A program made the translations under genes and the position numbers. The notes beneath the pieces are model-generated. The model worked only from the letters and a program-made list of their open reading frames with translations. It was not told the origin of the DNA and did not search any database. 64,000 nt of DNA from Lama guanicoe (taxonomy: Eukaryota), in assembly GCA_013239625.1 (NCBI GenBank), contig MU053873.1, positions 2,432,524-2,496,523 on the forward strand, read 5' to 3'. Below, one piece after another: positions 35,560 through 48,150 of this stretch; within the stretch, counting starts at the first letter, position 1; each line of letters opens with the position of its first letter.

Positions 35560-36370
35560 CAAATGTATGCCAGTAGGAAATTAACTGAGTAAATTAGGGA
35601 ACATGCTCCCAATGGAATACTGCACAGCCATCAAAAATACTTACAGTTGTTAACATACAGAAAAATGCAGAATTAAAAAAGAGATAAAATTGCACGTTGT
35701 ATTATTTCAACAGTATATAAAAATGCCAACGAAAGATTGGAGAATATTCTAAAATAAGCCCAGCTACCCATCCATCCACTCACCCAATCATTCATACATC
35801 CATCCATCCACCCACCCACTCAACAAGTACTTACTGATGCCTTTTTGCATCAACTGCCCCTTAGATGACCACTGGGACTATAGCGTTAATGAACACCACA
35901 GGGTTGTTCTCTGCCCACCTGGAGCAATCTGCCTATTTAGGGAGATTGCAATCTAACAATTAAGTTACATATAGATGGCTAATGGTGATTATGACGTGTG
36001 ATGCAGGACATGGGGAGTGGCATCAAATGGCAGAGGTACAACCCTAAACAGAGGAGGGAAGAGAGGGCTTCCAGGAGGAAGTGATGTTTAGGCTGGACCC
36101 TGGAAAGAGAGCAGGAGTCATCCTAGGGCAGAGGAGAGAGGTAAATGCTGTGGGCAGAGGGAAGGGCAATGTTCAAAGGCCCCAAGAGGGGAGAAGTTCA
36201 GCCCATTCCAGTGACAAAGAACAGGCCAGAAATGCAGGAGGGGGGACAAGCAAGAAGTGGGGAGAGGATCATTTTGCCTGGGGTCTAAGATTAATGGTAA
36301 TTTTTTTCTTCCTGTCTTTGTAATGAGCATGCATTTCTTTAACAATGAGAAAAAGGTTTAAAGAGGGTTA
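35560..36370 (+). mobile_element. L1ME-like 3' end split by L2
   Basis: aatggaatactgcacagccatcaaaaat (~35611) and 3' tail taatgagcatgcatttctttaacaatgagaaaaa (~36321). Confidence 0.6.
35765..36280 (-). mobile_element. L2 3' portion with (CCAT)n tail
   Basis: caacaagtacttactga...agggcttccaggaggaagtgatgttta...caaaggccc. Confidence 0.75.
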
Positions 36371-38749
36371 AAATAAAGAGTGAAGCTTCCTGAGGAAGAC
36401 ACAGAAAATCCAGGAAAAGACTATCATTACAGAGAAGAGACGGGGCCCAGAAACAGACTCGGAGCTGGTGAGGGAGGCAGAGACCTAGCCCCTCTCAACA
36501 ATCCCCCCCCCCACAAGGCTTCCTTCCTTGCTGAGCCTCCTCTTGGGGCTTTGAGCAGGGGAAACAGGGCAGGAGAAGAGTTGGAAGAATCTGGCATGTG
36601 GAATAGATATTAATGTCGCAGAAGGGAGAGCTGGGGGAAGGGCACACTATTAAAATTCTGTGGTCCTGAAAAATACATAAGTCTAAAATAAGACTAATGA
36701 GACATTTACTGGTGTGGTTGCCTTGCATTAATGACCCTGCTGAGGATAAGATCGCAGAAGGCTTTCAATGTAATTACCAGGCTAATGATTAGCTGTGACA
36801 TCACTGGAGACTAGAACGCAGATCTTGTTTTGGATTGCTTTCAAAGTCAGGACGCTGTTGACCGCCTTGCTGCCTGAGCAATCTCAGGGTGCACCCCCTA
36901 TACCCTCTTCCCGCTGTTGTGGCTTGTGGCTTTCAGCCAACACCTCCCCAGTCTCCCTCCTCACCTCCCATGCCTGCATTCCTGGACATTTTAAGAAGGC
37001 CTCTGGGACTGTGAACTTCAAGCAGCAATTTGTCAGCACTGGTGGGGGCTGGGGGTTGAATGCCTGGAAAAGTAGGAGCTATGAGGATGTCCAGGAAGAA
37101 TCTTTAATGAACAAGTGATGCATTAACTAATGAATGCTTTCAAAACCCTTCTGCCCTGTGAGACCCGAGCAAGACACAGCAGGAAGCATATAATGCTTCA
37201 TCTCAGAGAATCATTGGCTCTGAGCCCATCCAGCCCACCCATTTGAACAGATGGGGAATGCTGAGGCTCAGAGAGGAGAACCGGCTTCCGGAACATCACC
37301 CAGCAAGCCTTCTATTCTCCATGTGGATTATAGGAAAATAAAAGCGGAGAATGACAATCATTTCCTGCCTTCCCGCTTCTGGAATCCACAGCTCTCTAAA
37401 CTTCTAATTGCATCCCCTGTCATCAAAACTCAGAAGGAGTTCTTACTAGTTGGTGACCTTTGATTAGGACTTTGATTAGGACTCATCCTTCCAGTGCAAT
37501 GCAGGATTAGCCAGAACTGTCTGGACAGTGGCATGGAGTTGGGAAAGATGCACTGAGACTCGCTGTAGTGTGGCTGAAAGATGCAGGTCTTCATTGTAGA
37601 GATGCTGGGGAGCCAGGAAGGAGTAAAGTATAGGGATACAGCTCCTGGCCTTCAGACTAGCTGACAACACTAGGGACACATCCATCTCCATATATGGTAA
37701 CATGTCCCTTTATCAAGAATCCATGGAGAATCAGGTTGCAGGAAACATCCCCTAGGATGGAGCAGGAATCCTGGAGGAAGTCTAGGGCAGTGTAAGGAAC
37801 AGGTTGGGGTAAGTAGTTCAGAACCATGATTCTAAAGACCAGGGTAATAGAGTTCTTCTCTTGTATGAGTTTGGCACAGGGACAAGGATGGTAACTTAAG
37901 AGATCTATTTAGACCTAGACAGTAAGTTTCCAAAGGAACAGTTCCCTGACTGCAGGGACTGGAGCAACTGAGGAAGGAGAGGACAGAATGGGGAATCTGG
38001 GTGCAGAGAGATTCATTCAGCAACACTGATGTATCCCCAGACAATGGGGTGTGTAGTAAATATCTGCTTCATTTCTGAGGTCCCAGAAGCTCAGATTGTA
38101 GGATCAGCACCCCCTGGGGTTGTGTGCACCATTGATGCACATCCCTTGCACATCTGGAAGAGCATAGTTGTGGAAATGGGTCAACCAGGAGGATGGACAG
38201 AGGGGAGAGGATTGGACAGAGCTCTCCTCTCACCAACTGACAGAGGAAGAAACTGCAGTCCAGGCTGGGGCACGACTGGCCTAGTTCACACACACCCAGC
38301 TCCGCCATGCCACATTTCAATTCCTTCCTCCTTGCATTTTAATTTTAGTAATTCCAAGGTGGCGGGCACAACCAGTGCCTCAGCTCGGAAGCTAAAATAG
38401 AAAAGGAGGGGATGTCTTCAGCATCTGTTCTAATGACACAATCAACTGCTCTGTTTGGGGGGAGCAGGCAATAATAAGATTGAAAGGAAAGTAAATGAGA
38501 GCTGGTTTTTCTGAGCACTGAATGTGCCAGAACTCAACAGAGAGGCAGCTATGAGGTCATGCGTGGGTGCCAGGCAGAGAATAAACCCCATCCTAACTCA
38601 TACCCTCACACACCCAGGCTTACAGATGTGGAGGGAGGTCCCCATCCCTCTGGAGCCTGTGTCGGATCCAGGTGTGCCCTTCTTGGATAATGCCAGTCCA
38701 TCACTCACCACCTGCCACCTCCCAGGTGCCACTCAGCCTTTAGGATACA

Positions 38750-38895
38750 ACAGGCCCAGTGTGCCACTCATCTGCTGTGTGACTTCAGGCAAACTGCTTC
38801 ACCTGGCTGACCTGCAGTTTCTTCAATCAAATAATAAAGGATGGTTATATTTATCTCACCAGACTGCAGTGAGGATTTGATGAGATACCTTGAGA
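38750..38895 (+). mobile_element. MIR SINE
   Basis: gctgtgtgacttcaggcaa...gtgaggatttgatgagata. Confidence 0.8.
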
Positions 38896-38899
38896 AAGG

Positions 38900-39440
38900 A
38901 GAATGTGATCAGTAACTCTCCTGCTTCAGAACCTTCGGTGGCTCCATATTGCTCCATGACAAAGTCCCATCATTTCTACTCCCACAAGGCCACACCTGGC
39001 CTGGCTTCTACCTACAGCTCACCTATATCTGAGCCCTGACTCCCCATGCACCAGCTACTCTGGCCTACTTTCTGTTGTTCACAAGTTCCAAACACCCTAT
39101 TGCCTCAGGACCTCCACATATGATTCTTTTCTGTTCCCTACCCACTGCTACATAAATGGACACTCCACCAAGTTAACCTTAATTCATCTTCAGCTCTCAT
39201 TTCAATTGTCGCCTCTTCCAGGCAGTCCTCCATGACCTCTACTTAAGTCTTGTAAGCCCTTACAACTCCTTATTTTTCCCCTTAATGTACTTTTCATGCA
39301 ATTGGCATGATGGTCTGCTTAGTTCCGTCTGCCCCTCCAGACTAGGAGCTACATGAGGGCAGTGATGTATCTGGATGTTCAGCCCTGTATCCCCCAATGC
39401 CTGGCACTGTGCTCAATAAACACATGATAAATGAATGACT
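38900..39440 (+). mobile_element. L2 LINE 3' portion
   Basis: tgatcagtaactctcctgctt...ctacatgagggcag...ctgtatccccc...gctcaataaa. Confidence 0.85.
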
Positions 39441-39499
39441 GGTACCACTGCAGGTGGGTAAGTGCCCTAGGCATCATTCTGGGTGCCTCGTTCAGCAGG

Positions 39500-39950
39500 T
39501 TCTGGCCATCATAATTGCAAACAGATGCCACCTGCCCCCCACCATTCCCTTTTGTCCCGCCTTCAGCTTCTTGCCTGCTTGGGTGCTATATATTTTCAAG
39601 ACATTACCCTGCGTGATGTGTATTCACGCCACCCCCAGCAGCTCAATCTTCCCCTCCCCAGTGTCCATTGGCATAATCAGCCGGGGGGCTGCCCAGAACC
39701 TGCCAAGCTTATATTAATGTTGGCTCAGAAAGAGATTTATTCCTTCCCAGCACAGCTCACACTGGTCTGGGCTCAGCTAGACCTCCCTCCACTCTCCCCC
39801 GCCCCACCACACACATGCATACGAGCTCAGTGTTCCATTAGTTCCGATTAGCTTTTGGGAGGGGAAGTTCCTTGGCCTTTGCCAAATACAGCCAATTAAC
39901 CCCAGAGGGTTTCAGAACCTCTGCATCATTGGGACAGGAAATCTGTTTCC
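39500..39950. promoter_or_regulatory. Candidate enhancer island
   Basis: Repeat-free; CATAATTG, ATTAAT, GATTAG, CAGCCAATTAAC 39889-39900, several TGCCAA/TTGGCA. Confidence 0.4.
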
Positions 39951-40009
39951 TGCTTTACTGAGAACCACAAACACATTGGGAATGTGGTCTTACTTGGAGG
40001 TTTGAATGC

Positions 40010-40140
40010 CAACCATGGGGTTAGACAGCTGTGTGATTTGAGTGTATAATTTACCTCTCTGATGGTCAGTTTGTTCATTTATAAAATGGGGATAATATTA
40101 GTGAGATAATGTCATAAAGTTGCACTGGCATTAAACATAT
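40010..40140 (+). mobile_element. MIR SINE
   Basis: cagtttgttcatttataaaatggggataata. Confidence 0.8.
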
Positions 40141-40319
40141 AATTTGAAATGGAAGAACAAAATCCCTGCCCGTGGAAGTGGAAGTGAATTAAGACAGAGT
40201 GTCCACTCCCACCTCAGTCCAAGATGGAATTAGTCTGCAGTCTCTGAACCCTCCTGGCTCCAACAGCATGCACCCCACAGGTGAAGAGGCAAGAGCATTT
40301 GCCCTAGATTCAAGCTGCA

Positions 40320-40745
40320 GCCCTGCTTGCCTGATTCTGTTCTTGCCACATATCCCTGAGCTCCATTCACACCAAACTTTTCACTGGTCCCAGGATATAT
40401 CACCTTTGCACATCGTGTTCCATCTGCCTGGATTTCCCTCCCACCTATTCTCTGCGTAGAAAGCGTATCAATCCTTCAAAGCCTAGATCTAAAACCCCCA
40501 CCTGTTTGTAGTTTTCCCTGCTCCCTCCCCTTCCTCTTCAGATCCAAGCAGGGATCATTTCCTGGTTCCCTGCAGAATCGCATAAAAAGTTCCATTTTAG
40601 CACTTTTCACACTGTGCCACCGCGACCTGGCTCTTCCACCAAATGGTGAACCCCCTGAGGATAAGAGTTCTGTTTATCTTTAATCCCCAAATGCCTAATC
40701 CAGTGCCCAGCACGTGACAGGAACTTAATCCATGTTTGAATGAAT
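40320..40745 (+). mobile_element. L2 LINE 3' portion
   Basis: cctttgcaca...ccctgaggataag...cagtgcccagcacgtgacaggaacttaat...tgaatgaat. Confidence 0.75.
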
Positions 40746-40974
40746 CAGCCTTTATATCCCCAAAGCTTAACACCAAGGCCTGAGCAAACTAGTTGCCTAA
40801 TGACTGTTTGTAGGAATAATCAATTAATTATTATTCATTTATCATGTGGCTCTATAACCTCAGAGCCAAGTACTTGAATGAATGAACTATGCTTCACATT
40901 CCTGGCACTCAGTTTGCTGCCTGGATCATAGAAAATGCCAAGGAAAGCGGTCATGAATATTTATGCCCCACAAA

Positions 40975-41420
40975 CCCAGTATAATATCTAGCTAACCAGA
41001 GTAACCAACAAACTCCATATTTCTGCAGCTCAAGAAGTGCAGGTATATCCTGCTCAGCTAATGATACAATACAGGTTCAGGTCAGCAGAGGCTTGGGGTG
41101 GGGGAGAGGCTATGCTCCACTTGTTCATTCAGGGACTCAATATACTGATGGCTCTGCCAGTTTCAGTAAGTGGCCTTCTAGGATTGCACTGGGCGTTGAC
41201 ATCAGCCAGCAGGTTAGGGAAAGGGCATGGAAGATCACATGTAGGAGGGTTTTATAGGCCAGACCAGGCATTAACCTGCACCACTTCTGTTCACATTCTG
41301 TTGGCTAGAATTCAGTCATATGTTCACACCTAACTTTAAGGAAGCCCAGGAAATGTAACCTAAATGTGTGTTCAGGAAGAAGAGGAAATGAGTTTGATGA
41401 GAAGTTTAGCAGTCCTACAA
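40975..41420 (-). mobile_element. MLT1J-like LTR
   Basis: gtaaccaacaaactcc...cacttctgttcacattctgttggctagaattcagtcatatg...ggaagaagaggaaatg. Confidence 0.8.
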
Positions 41421-42819
41421 ACTAGGCAATCATCAATACATATTTGAATGAATAATGTGAGTTTTTCTCTATCTGGGTTCCAGCACAATGTTTGTACATA
41501 GTATGTGCTCATTAAATAGCTGAAATAATTCATCTTTGTATCCTCAAACTTTATTTGGTGCCTGACATGAAGATGATTCTTGGAAAATGGCAGGAAGGAT
41601 CTCTATAATTATGGATCCTAATATAATTCTTAGCATATAATATTAAGGACTTAGGAAACTGTAACCTCCATAAACTTGAGAAATGGGCAACTCCTTCAGA
41701 TTCTTGCCTCCTGGCCTTTAAAGATCTTGACCATCAAGACTTACGAGATCTGTCCTTGGTCCTGATCCTTTGGTCCACACCAGCCCCAACACTCGTAACA
41801 CCCTACACAGTGATCTGGCCAACTTCCAGCCTCGGAACAGATTACCTCCATGTTTCCCAGGCTTTGTGCATTCTACAGCCCTGAGCAGGAGAACTAGAAG
41901 GAAGGGGGTGGGGAGACAGAGCAGGGTTTTCGATTCAAGGTCTGCTCCCTGCTTGAGTGATCAACATCATTTCCATACTATAATTACATTGCCCAATCCT
42001 CTCCTGATTTTACTGCTATCTTGTAAGCCATCCCGGTTGTGAGTAATTTAAAGCTATATGAGATGTCAGACTCCGTGAAACAATCACCCCTCCAAGAAAT
42101 ATGGCCCTAGATCATAATTGATAAGTCCCATTAGGCAATGGGGCCTCTTATTTCCTATTTGGTCTCTTCTGAGATGGCCTTGTTGATTCGCTTAATGTAG
42201 ACTGTGTCCCCAGCATTGCTAAGGGAGAAAGATTCATCCAGAATTTGGGGACAAGGGCTGAGGGGCCATGGCCAAGGAGTGGGAGGAGGTGGGGTGGAAT
42301 TGAGGAGAGGTGGGGGCTCCTGGCTAAACCAGATACACCCCAGCTGGCTTTTCTTCATGATCTGCCTGATTTGTCTGATGCAGAGAATTCCTAGGGAGAG
42401 TTTACCACTACTGAGATTCAGATCAGGGACAACAGGATCTGCTCTCATGAAGCTCGATTAGGATGAAAGGAAGAAGGGGATCATCTGGCTCTAAGCCCAG
42501 AGGTGCTCCCCAAGGGATGTTCCAGCACCCTGCAAGTGGTCCAGAAGAGGTATCCAGCTTTTCAAAGGCATCCTTGACCTTCTAATTCCATTTTCTCCTT
42601 TCCTCAGCCTCTCTCCCCTAGGCCTGGCACTTCAGCTGAGCTAGGATGTGTTGGAATAATTGCAGCTGTATTATGCTATTGCAAAGCATAGGATTGGTTT
42701 GCTTAAACATCTTCCCCCATATTCCATCCTGTTATCTGCCTTTCCTAGGACCAGGGCTCAGAGAGGAGCAGCCTCTCCTGTCAAACAAGAAAGCAAGCTG
42801 GACTGGGAGGAAAGTCACC

Positions 42820-42940
42820 AAACTGGAAGCCAGGCACTAGGATTCTAGGCCCTAACCTCTCATCAACTTGCTGAGCTGCTCTGATCAAGTCCCTTACCCT
42901 CTCTGCAACTCAATATCTCCATCTTAAAATAAGGGGCTCA
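42820..42940 (+). mobile_element. MIR SINE
   Basis: ggattctaggccct...caagtcccttaccctctctg. Confidence 0.75.
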
Positions 42941-43449
42941 TCCAGAATATCCTTGAATTAGCTGCCAGTATTATAAAACTCAGGAGAGTCCACGTAAGAG
43001 CCATCTCATAAATTCTGATTGGAAACACTCTTCTCACATTCTCACATGGCCGCAAACAGTTGGATGCCCTGTTTATATGGTGCACATGCCATCTAGTTAA
43101 CCACAATCCCCACCATTCCCTGTTGTCTTATACCTCAATCCCACCACTCCCTATCGTATTACAACTTGTCTCTCATTTATGCTATCAGTTGGCCCTCATA
43201 GGCTTATGTCTTTATGACCTCTGGATATCTGTCCTCTAACTCCAGCTTCATCAATTCACAATAAACTCACTCCCACACAACAGCAAATGGTTGATGACCA
43301 TCCCCTGTGACTATTCTCCAACACTAACACTGAGTAGTACAAATCAGCACCATGGACAGATCATTGATCAAGCTGTTGGAGGTGAGTCCTCCCAGGGCCC
43401 ATCACATCCTGCCTTGTGGGCAGCCACCCATTTGCCTATGATTGAGAAT

Positions 43450-43910
43450 ACACTGGCACTCCATTTTGTTATTACCACCCAAGCTGAGAGTCTCTGCCGC
43501 CTCTGTTCTCTGCCTGATTGATTTGTTTGTAATTCTGTCATTCCTTGTGATTGGGCCAGGAGGGTGGGGGAATGGGGGTGGGATGGGTGATTCTTCTCTG
43601 GCAAGACATGTCAAAACTGCCTGTCTATCTTTTGGGTGCAATTGCTGTTTCCCAAACGCCATCGTCCATGTTGCTGTAAAGAATGACGGATCTGATATCA
43701 TATATTACTGTTTGTGCACTTTCGTTTTTGATATCTGTTTTTCCTTCCAAAAAGTGCTGAGTGATTGAGAGGCCATGGTTGCTTTTTTGAGATGCATCAT
43801 AAGGCCTCCTTCATGAACAACTTGGCCAGGCATCGTGAATCATCGGAGATAAGGGAAAATTGTCAAGTGCCTCCAAGCTGTTTCTCCCGGGCATCTCTTT
43901 GCGAGTTCCC
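43450..43910. promoter_or_regulatory. Candidate enhancer / conserved non-coding element
   Basis: Repeat-free; TGATTGAT 43515-43522 with CTGTCA 43535-43540. Confidence 0.5.
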
Positions 43911-44019
43911 CCCACAGTGACTCTCCAGGAGTCCATGACTGTTGGGAGGAGATGGGTTGATGAAGCAGGTTTAAACTCCTTATAATTACTTGGCACAGTA
44001 CTCAAAACCCACCACAATT

Positions 44020-44420
44020 TGGAGCCCACTGAGTGCCTTCTCTGTGCCAAACACCGTGCTAGGAACTAAGACCCAGAAGTAGAAAAGTATGGAAATGTTC
44101 CTAGGCTCAGGAACTCATATTCCAGTGGGTGAGGCAGACAAAATAAATACATAAAATAGCAAGCAGTGGTAAGCATGAGGAAGAAAACTAATCTGAGTAG
44201 AAAAGGGTGATGATAGTTAGGATGGTCAGGCAAGGCCCCACCGGCAAGTGGCATGTAAGCAGAGATCTGGACCAAGTGGTGGTACAGGGCACTCACGTAC
44301 CTAGGGGAGGAGCATCCCAGGAGAAGGAAACAGCAAACGTCAAGGTCTGGATGCTAGATTGTACCTGGCATGTTTGAGGGTTAGGTCTTTGTGGCTGGAG
44401 CACTGAAGGGAAGAATAGAA
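44020..44420 (-). mobile_element. L2 3' portion
   Basis: actgagtgccttctctgtgccaaacaccgtgctagg...aacagcaaacgtcaagg. Confidence 0.75.
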
Positions 44421-44483
44421 GAGGCCGGTCCTCATCTTCTGATGCTCCCATCAACACTGACCCTATGTTCTCACGTGGGGATC

Positions 44484-44875
44484 TGTACCCATCAGGGGTC
44501 TCCAGGGAAAGAGAACCAGGAGGATACAAAGATAAAGGTCTAGTCCTAGACCTAGTAAGACACTTATTCCAAGGCCTTGGCTCATGCAACTGTGGGGGCT
44601 GGTAAGGCTGATTCACAGGAATCAGCCTGGAATTGTTCAGGCAGGAGCTGATGCATTCCTGAGGCAGAATTTCTTCTTTAGAGAAACACTGGTTCAGCTC
44701 TTAAAGCCTTTCAACTGACTGGATGGGACCCACCCTCACTATCAAGGATAACTTCCTTTACCTAAAGTCAACTGATGAACATCTGCAAAATACCTTCACA
44801 GAAGCAAAACACGGTTTGATTGAATAACTGAGTGCCAGACACTAGCCAAGCTGAAACATAAGACTCGCCATCACA
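44484..44875 (-). mobile_element. MLT2D-like (ERVL) solo LTR
   Basis: ggtctccagggaaagagaacca...ttggctcatgcaactgtgggggctgg...cctttcaactgactggatg...aaagtcaactgat...ccatcaca; TSD ggatc/ggctc. Confidence 0.88.
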
Positions 44876-45309
44876 GGCTCTTTGAGTCCTCCATACTATT
44901 TCCCACCCTGTGCCTCTGCTTGTGTCACCTGTTCTGCCTACATCTTCAAGTGCATCTCCTACATAGTGGCCAGCATGGTGTTCTGCCCCGAGGATGCACT
45001 AAAAAGTGTTACCATTTTGTCAGTTACCTTAAATATTTTCAAAGGGACTAAAGAATACATTACCAATGAAAACAGATAATTTCAGTGTCCATATCTGGAA
45101 TTTAAGATGTTTGGATTTAAGAAGGGGGAGACTGGCATTTGTAGACAGGCCCTAGGAACTTAGGAAGTACAGAAGGGCAGGTAACAAACATCTTTGATTC
45201 TGGGTAAGGTCCAGCAATATTGGCTCCTTAGACAACCTCTGGCATAATTGTTAGCAGGCTAAATGCAAAGTTCTCTGACTCCCTAGTTCCTGGGAGCAGG
45301 AGGACTCAG

Positions 45310-45490
45310 TAATCTTTTACGTTTGTGAAGTATTAGTCACAAGTCATTTCATGCCCATGAGCTCATCTGAGTCTCACAGTATCTCTGTGGATAAGAAAAT
45401 TGAGGTCCAGAGAGGGGAAGGGACTTCCCCAAGGACACACAGCAACGAGCTGAGGTAGAATCAGGCCTATAATCTAGGTCTCCTGCCTAT
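45310..45490 (-). mobile_element. MIR SINE
   Basis: gataagaaaattgaggtccagagaggggaagggacttccccaagg. Confidence 0.8.
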
Positions 45491-46189
45491 ACCCCCCAAT
45501 TCTTCTCAGGCTTCTGCCATGTCTTTCACCTCAGAGAAACAGAGTTCTTCCCAGACACAGAACAGTCTTGCCTCTTCTCTTCTGAGGATCTCAGATGGTT
45601 GACAGGTTAAGGATTAAGGACTCTCTGAATCCTCTGCTTGTTCCCCCAGAGTTTCCTTAAGAGCAGACAACAGCGCCAGGCTGTCAGGGCCTGAGAGGGC
45701 TGTGACGTTATCCTTAAGGATGTCACTCATGAATGTACCCCTATGATCCATCTTCAGTCTACACCCATCTGCCATGCCAATGGCAATGCCAAGCTCTGTG
45801 TATGCTGCTGCCCCAAGCCTATCCAGGCTGGATCTGCCCACCCGCTACAGCTCTACCTCCCTCAACATCCCCTCATCCCTTCATCTGCATCCTAGCACTT
45901 GATGTTGGATTAATATTCCTAATAATACCTGCTCTGGTCCTGGCAGCCCTTGCTCAAAACTTCAGCCCTCTGTGGACTTCAGGAAGGAAGCCCAAACGCC
46001 ACAGCTTGGCATTACAAAGCCCCTATGATCAGCCCCCAACAGCTCCCCTACACCCCTTGAATGTCAGGTCATGGCTGATGTGCTTGTTTCCTCCAAGACT
46101 CTGACCTTCCCACCTCCCACCTCTGCTCAAATCCCTCCCGCCACTGGAAAAGGCTGCTTTCTGCATTCAAATACACTTGAGAAAATGCT

Positions 46190-47215
46190 ATCCCGCTGTG
46201 AGAAAAATGATAAATAAAATGCACTACATTAGAAGTAAAAACACCTATCCATCAAATGTCACCATTAAGAGAATGAGAAGGCAACTCACCCCACAGAGTA
46301 GGAGAGATCATCTCAGTAGTATATTTAAGCAAGGGCTCATATCCAAAATATATAAAGAACACCTTCTAATCAACAAGAGAACAGTAGATAACCCAACAGG
46401 GGAAAAAATAGGCAAAAGTCTTGAACAAGCACTTCACCAAAAGAGGATAAGCAAATGACCAACAAATATATAAAAACACACCCATCTACGTTAGTCATCA
46501 AGATGATGAAAATTAAAACCAAAATGTCATACCATCTCGAGAACCCCCACCAAGAATGAAAATAAAAAGGAATGAAGCAAAATGAAAACGACAGAAAATA
46601 CCGAGTGTTCACGCAGATAAGTTGTTCAGACGCTCATACGCTTCTGGTGGGAGTGTTAATTGGTACAACCATTTTGGAAACCCACTTGGCAGCATTACTA
46701 AAGCTCAGCATATGCACACCCCTTGACCCAGCAAGTTTACTCCTAGATCATACTCAACAGAAATGCGCACATATGTTCACCAAAAGACACGTACCAGAAT
46801 GTCATAGCAGCAACACCCAGGATGGCCAAAAATGGAAACAACTCAAATCTCCAGCAATAGCAGAACGAGAAAAAAAATTCATGGCGTATTCACACATTGG
46901 GATTCTGCATAGTAATGAGAATAAATGAGATACAATTACACACAACATGGATGAATCTCACAAAAATAATCTTAAGTAAGAGCAGCCAGACACAAGAGAG
47001 GATGTACTGTATGCAACAACAGACGAAATTAACCTATGCTGCTCAAAGTCAGGCTAGGGGTTGGTTACCTGGGAGTGGCTGGAGGGGTTCTTAAGAGACT
47101 TCTGGGGAGCTAGTCACTCTCTGCTTCTTCATCAAGCAGCTGGTTATGTGAGGGCATTCATGTGAAAATTCGTCAAGCTGAGCACTGTATTTATACTACT
47201 GAAACAAAGAATTTA
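46190..47215 (+). mobile_element. L1 (L1MD/ME) 3' portion inserted in L2
   Basis: ctcatatccaaaatatataaagaacacctt...tggtacaaccattttggaaa...acaacatggatgaatctcacaa; L2 pieces flank at ~45860-46180 and ~47220-47460. Confidence 0.88.
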
Positions 47216-47489
47216 AAGAAATTCCACTTGCCTTCGAGGCCTAGGGCAAGTCCTTCCCTAACGAGACAATCCCTTTCCCTTTCTATTTTATGTCACCCTT
47301 TCTATATCGGCCTGGGGCCAGCAGGCTGTGTCCAGCATGAGTCTGTCTCCCCTGCCAGTCTGCTAACCCCCTGAGAGCAGAGGCTTGGTCTATCTCATCT
47401 GCCCTCTGACCCATGCCACCACATAGCAGGTTCTCAGGAAAGCACATGCTGAATTAAATAACACAGTTAGAAAACAGAGTGTTAAACAC

Positions 47490-47745
47490 AGGTAGACCTG
47501 AGTTTCAAACCCACCTCAAGGCCTTTGTACCTGCTGTTTTCATTGCCTGAAGTATCTTCCCCAATGTCCAGGTGGTTTGTTCCTTCCTCACTTCATCCAG
47601 ATCTCTGCTCAAAGTCATTTTATCAAGGAGTCTTTCCCTGGACCATCCTCTGTACAATAAAACTATCCCTTTCATTCTCCAACCCCTTTCCCTGTTTTTT
47701 AATTGTTGTTTGCTGTTCTTTTTAGAACTTGATACCATCTGATTT

Positions 47746-47784
<39 letters not shown>

Positions 47785-47945
47785 TTATCTGTTTATTTCC
47801 CTTTCCTTACACACCACTAGAAATCAAACCCCAGGAGAACAGAAAACATGATTAATTTTTTTCTCTGCTATAACCCAAATGGCAGAATGGCACCAGGTAC
47901 TGAGCAGGTTTGGGCAAGTGCTTGTTGCAAATGAAAGAATACATG
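47490..47945 (+). mobile_element. L2a 3' portion
   Basis: cctcaaggcctttgtacctgctgtt...cctcacttcatccagatctctgctcaaa. Confidence 0.85.
47749..47783. repeat. (AC)n microsatellite
   Basis: Direct observation. Confidence 0.97.
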
Positions 47946-48150
47946 AGTTCACAACTCTGGCCATTTTCCTGCTGTGTGACTTTAGGCTAGAGATGAGCAT
48001 CTCTGAACATTACTTTTCCTCACCTGTAAAGTGGGCTGGTAGGAGCACCTACCTCCTTGTTGCAAGGACTGGTTGTAATAACCCATGAAAAGCACTTCCC
48101 ACAGCCCCCAGCAAAGTGCAGACACTCAGGAAACGGTAGCTGCTCTGCTC
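47945..48150 (+). mobile_element. MIR SINE
   Basis: gctgtgtgact...ttcctcacctgtaaagtggg. Confidence 0.8.

Noticed and set aside
38391..38400. MEF2 site GCTAAAATAG
   Set aside because: One A/T short of CTA(W)4TAG
39872..39885. Full NFI palindrome TTGGC-CTTT-GCCAA
   Set aside because: Spacer is 4 bp; NFI requires 5
46177..47094. ORFs with L1-like peptides
   Set aside because: Decayed L1 ORF2 and 3' UTR with many frameshifts
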